This document shows positions 31,926 to 32,000 of a stretch of DNA of 32,000 nt, piece after piece. The stretch comes from Kineococcus radiotolerans SRS30216 = ATCC BAA-149 (GTDB taxonomy: Bacteria > Actinomycetota > Actinomycetes > Actinomycetales > Kineococcaceae). The stretch is from contig NC_009664.2 in NCBI RefSeq assembly GCF_000017305.1, positions 1,320,001 to 1,352,000 of the forward strand. Direction: 5' to 3'. Made by a program: the position numbers and the translations under genes. Position 1 is the stretch's first letter, and the number at the start of each line of letters is the position of its first letter. The notes under the pieces were generated by a model. It did not search any database. It had not been told where the DNA came from and saw only the letters and a list, made by a program, of their open reading frames with translations.

Positions 31926-32000
31926 GTGACGACCACCACCCTGTCCCCCTCCCGCCCCTGTCCCGGGGCGGTCCACGGGCCCCTGCTGCCCGTCGTCGGC
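31926..32000 (+). CDS. Start of an unidentified SAM-IV-controlled gene (only 25 codons in window)
   Basis: GTG 31926 lies 7 nt after GAGGAG. The frame stays open to the window edge (VTTTTLSPSRPCPGAVHGPLLPVVG) with G/C-ending codons. A GUCCUC segment at about 31888..31893 could pair with the SD. Confidence 0.4.
   Translation, partial: MTTTTLSPSRPCPGAVHGPLLPVVG

Noticed and set aside
31449-31976. ORFs 31449..31976 (-, 175 aa), 31508..31939 (-), 31498..31764 (+) and 31599..31829 (+) as protein genes
   Set aside because: They run straight through the two riboswitch aptamers and the divergent promoter spacer and have junk composition. Only the last 19-23 codons of 31449..31976 are retained, as a candidate leader ORF.
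1-32000. CRISPR arrays, IS elements, prophage or defence-system genes
   Set aside because: I found no spaced repeat arrays, terminal inverted repeats, or transposase, integrase, nuclease or helicase-type ORFs. The only repeats are 11-16-bp tandem duplications in promoter regions.

Overview
Very high-GC, densely coding actinobacterial chromosomal segment. I saw no transposase, integrase, prophage or CRISPR. Most long ORFs in the six-frame track are off-frame or antisense shadows, and several real genes are only the 3' part of a tracked ORF, so I re-derived their starts by hand. Left third: the tail of a sugar ABC permease plus GH51 arabinofuranosidase; a VOC / DUF1992 / LLM-oxidoreductase operon divergent from an AraC regulator; an acidic orphan plus GNAT divergent from a GAF-ANTAR regulator; a RimJ-like GNAT; a SnoaL-like protein; and a serine hydrolase. 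Middle: a polytopic GGDEF-EAL protein, a tandem USP, an orphan, tRNA-Thr(UGU), an MT0933-like mini-protein divergent from a GAF-PAS-PAS-GAF-PP2C phosphatase, another orphan, a class-I aminotransferase and a YpfJ-type Zn peptidase. The right third (21.2-32.0 kb) is the most interesting part. It carries three SAM-clan riboswitches within about 5 kb. Two are near-identical SAM-I-type aptamers on the minus strand that appear to lack P4. One precedes metF-metE-(APH-fold kinase). The other precedes a Gsi/Dpp-type ABC importer that ends in a translationally coupled GNAT. The third is a textbook SAM-IV on the plus strand, in front of a gene truncated by the window edge. In both SAM-I-type copies the Shine-Dalgarno held in the P1 3' strand serves a tiny ORF (25 aa and 19-23 aa) rather than the main gene. 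This suggests a riboswitch to leader-ORF to operon relay. All functional links are inference from sequence and context, and nothing was searched against databases.
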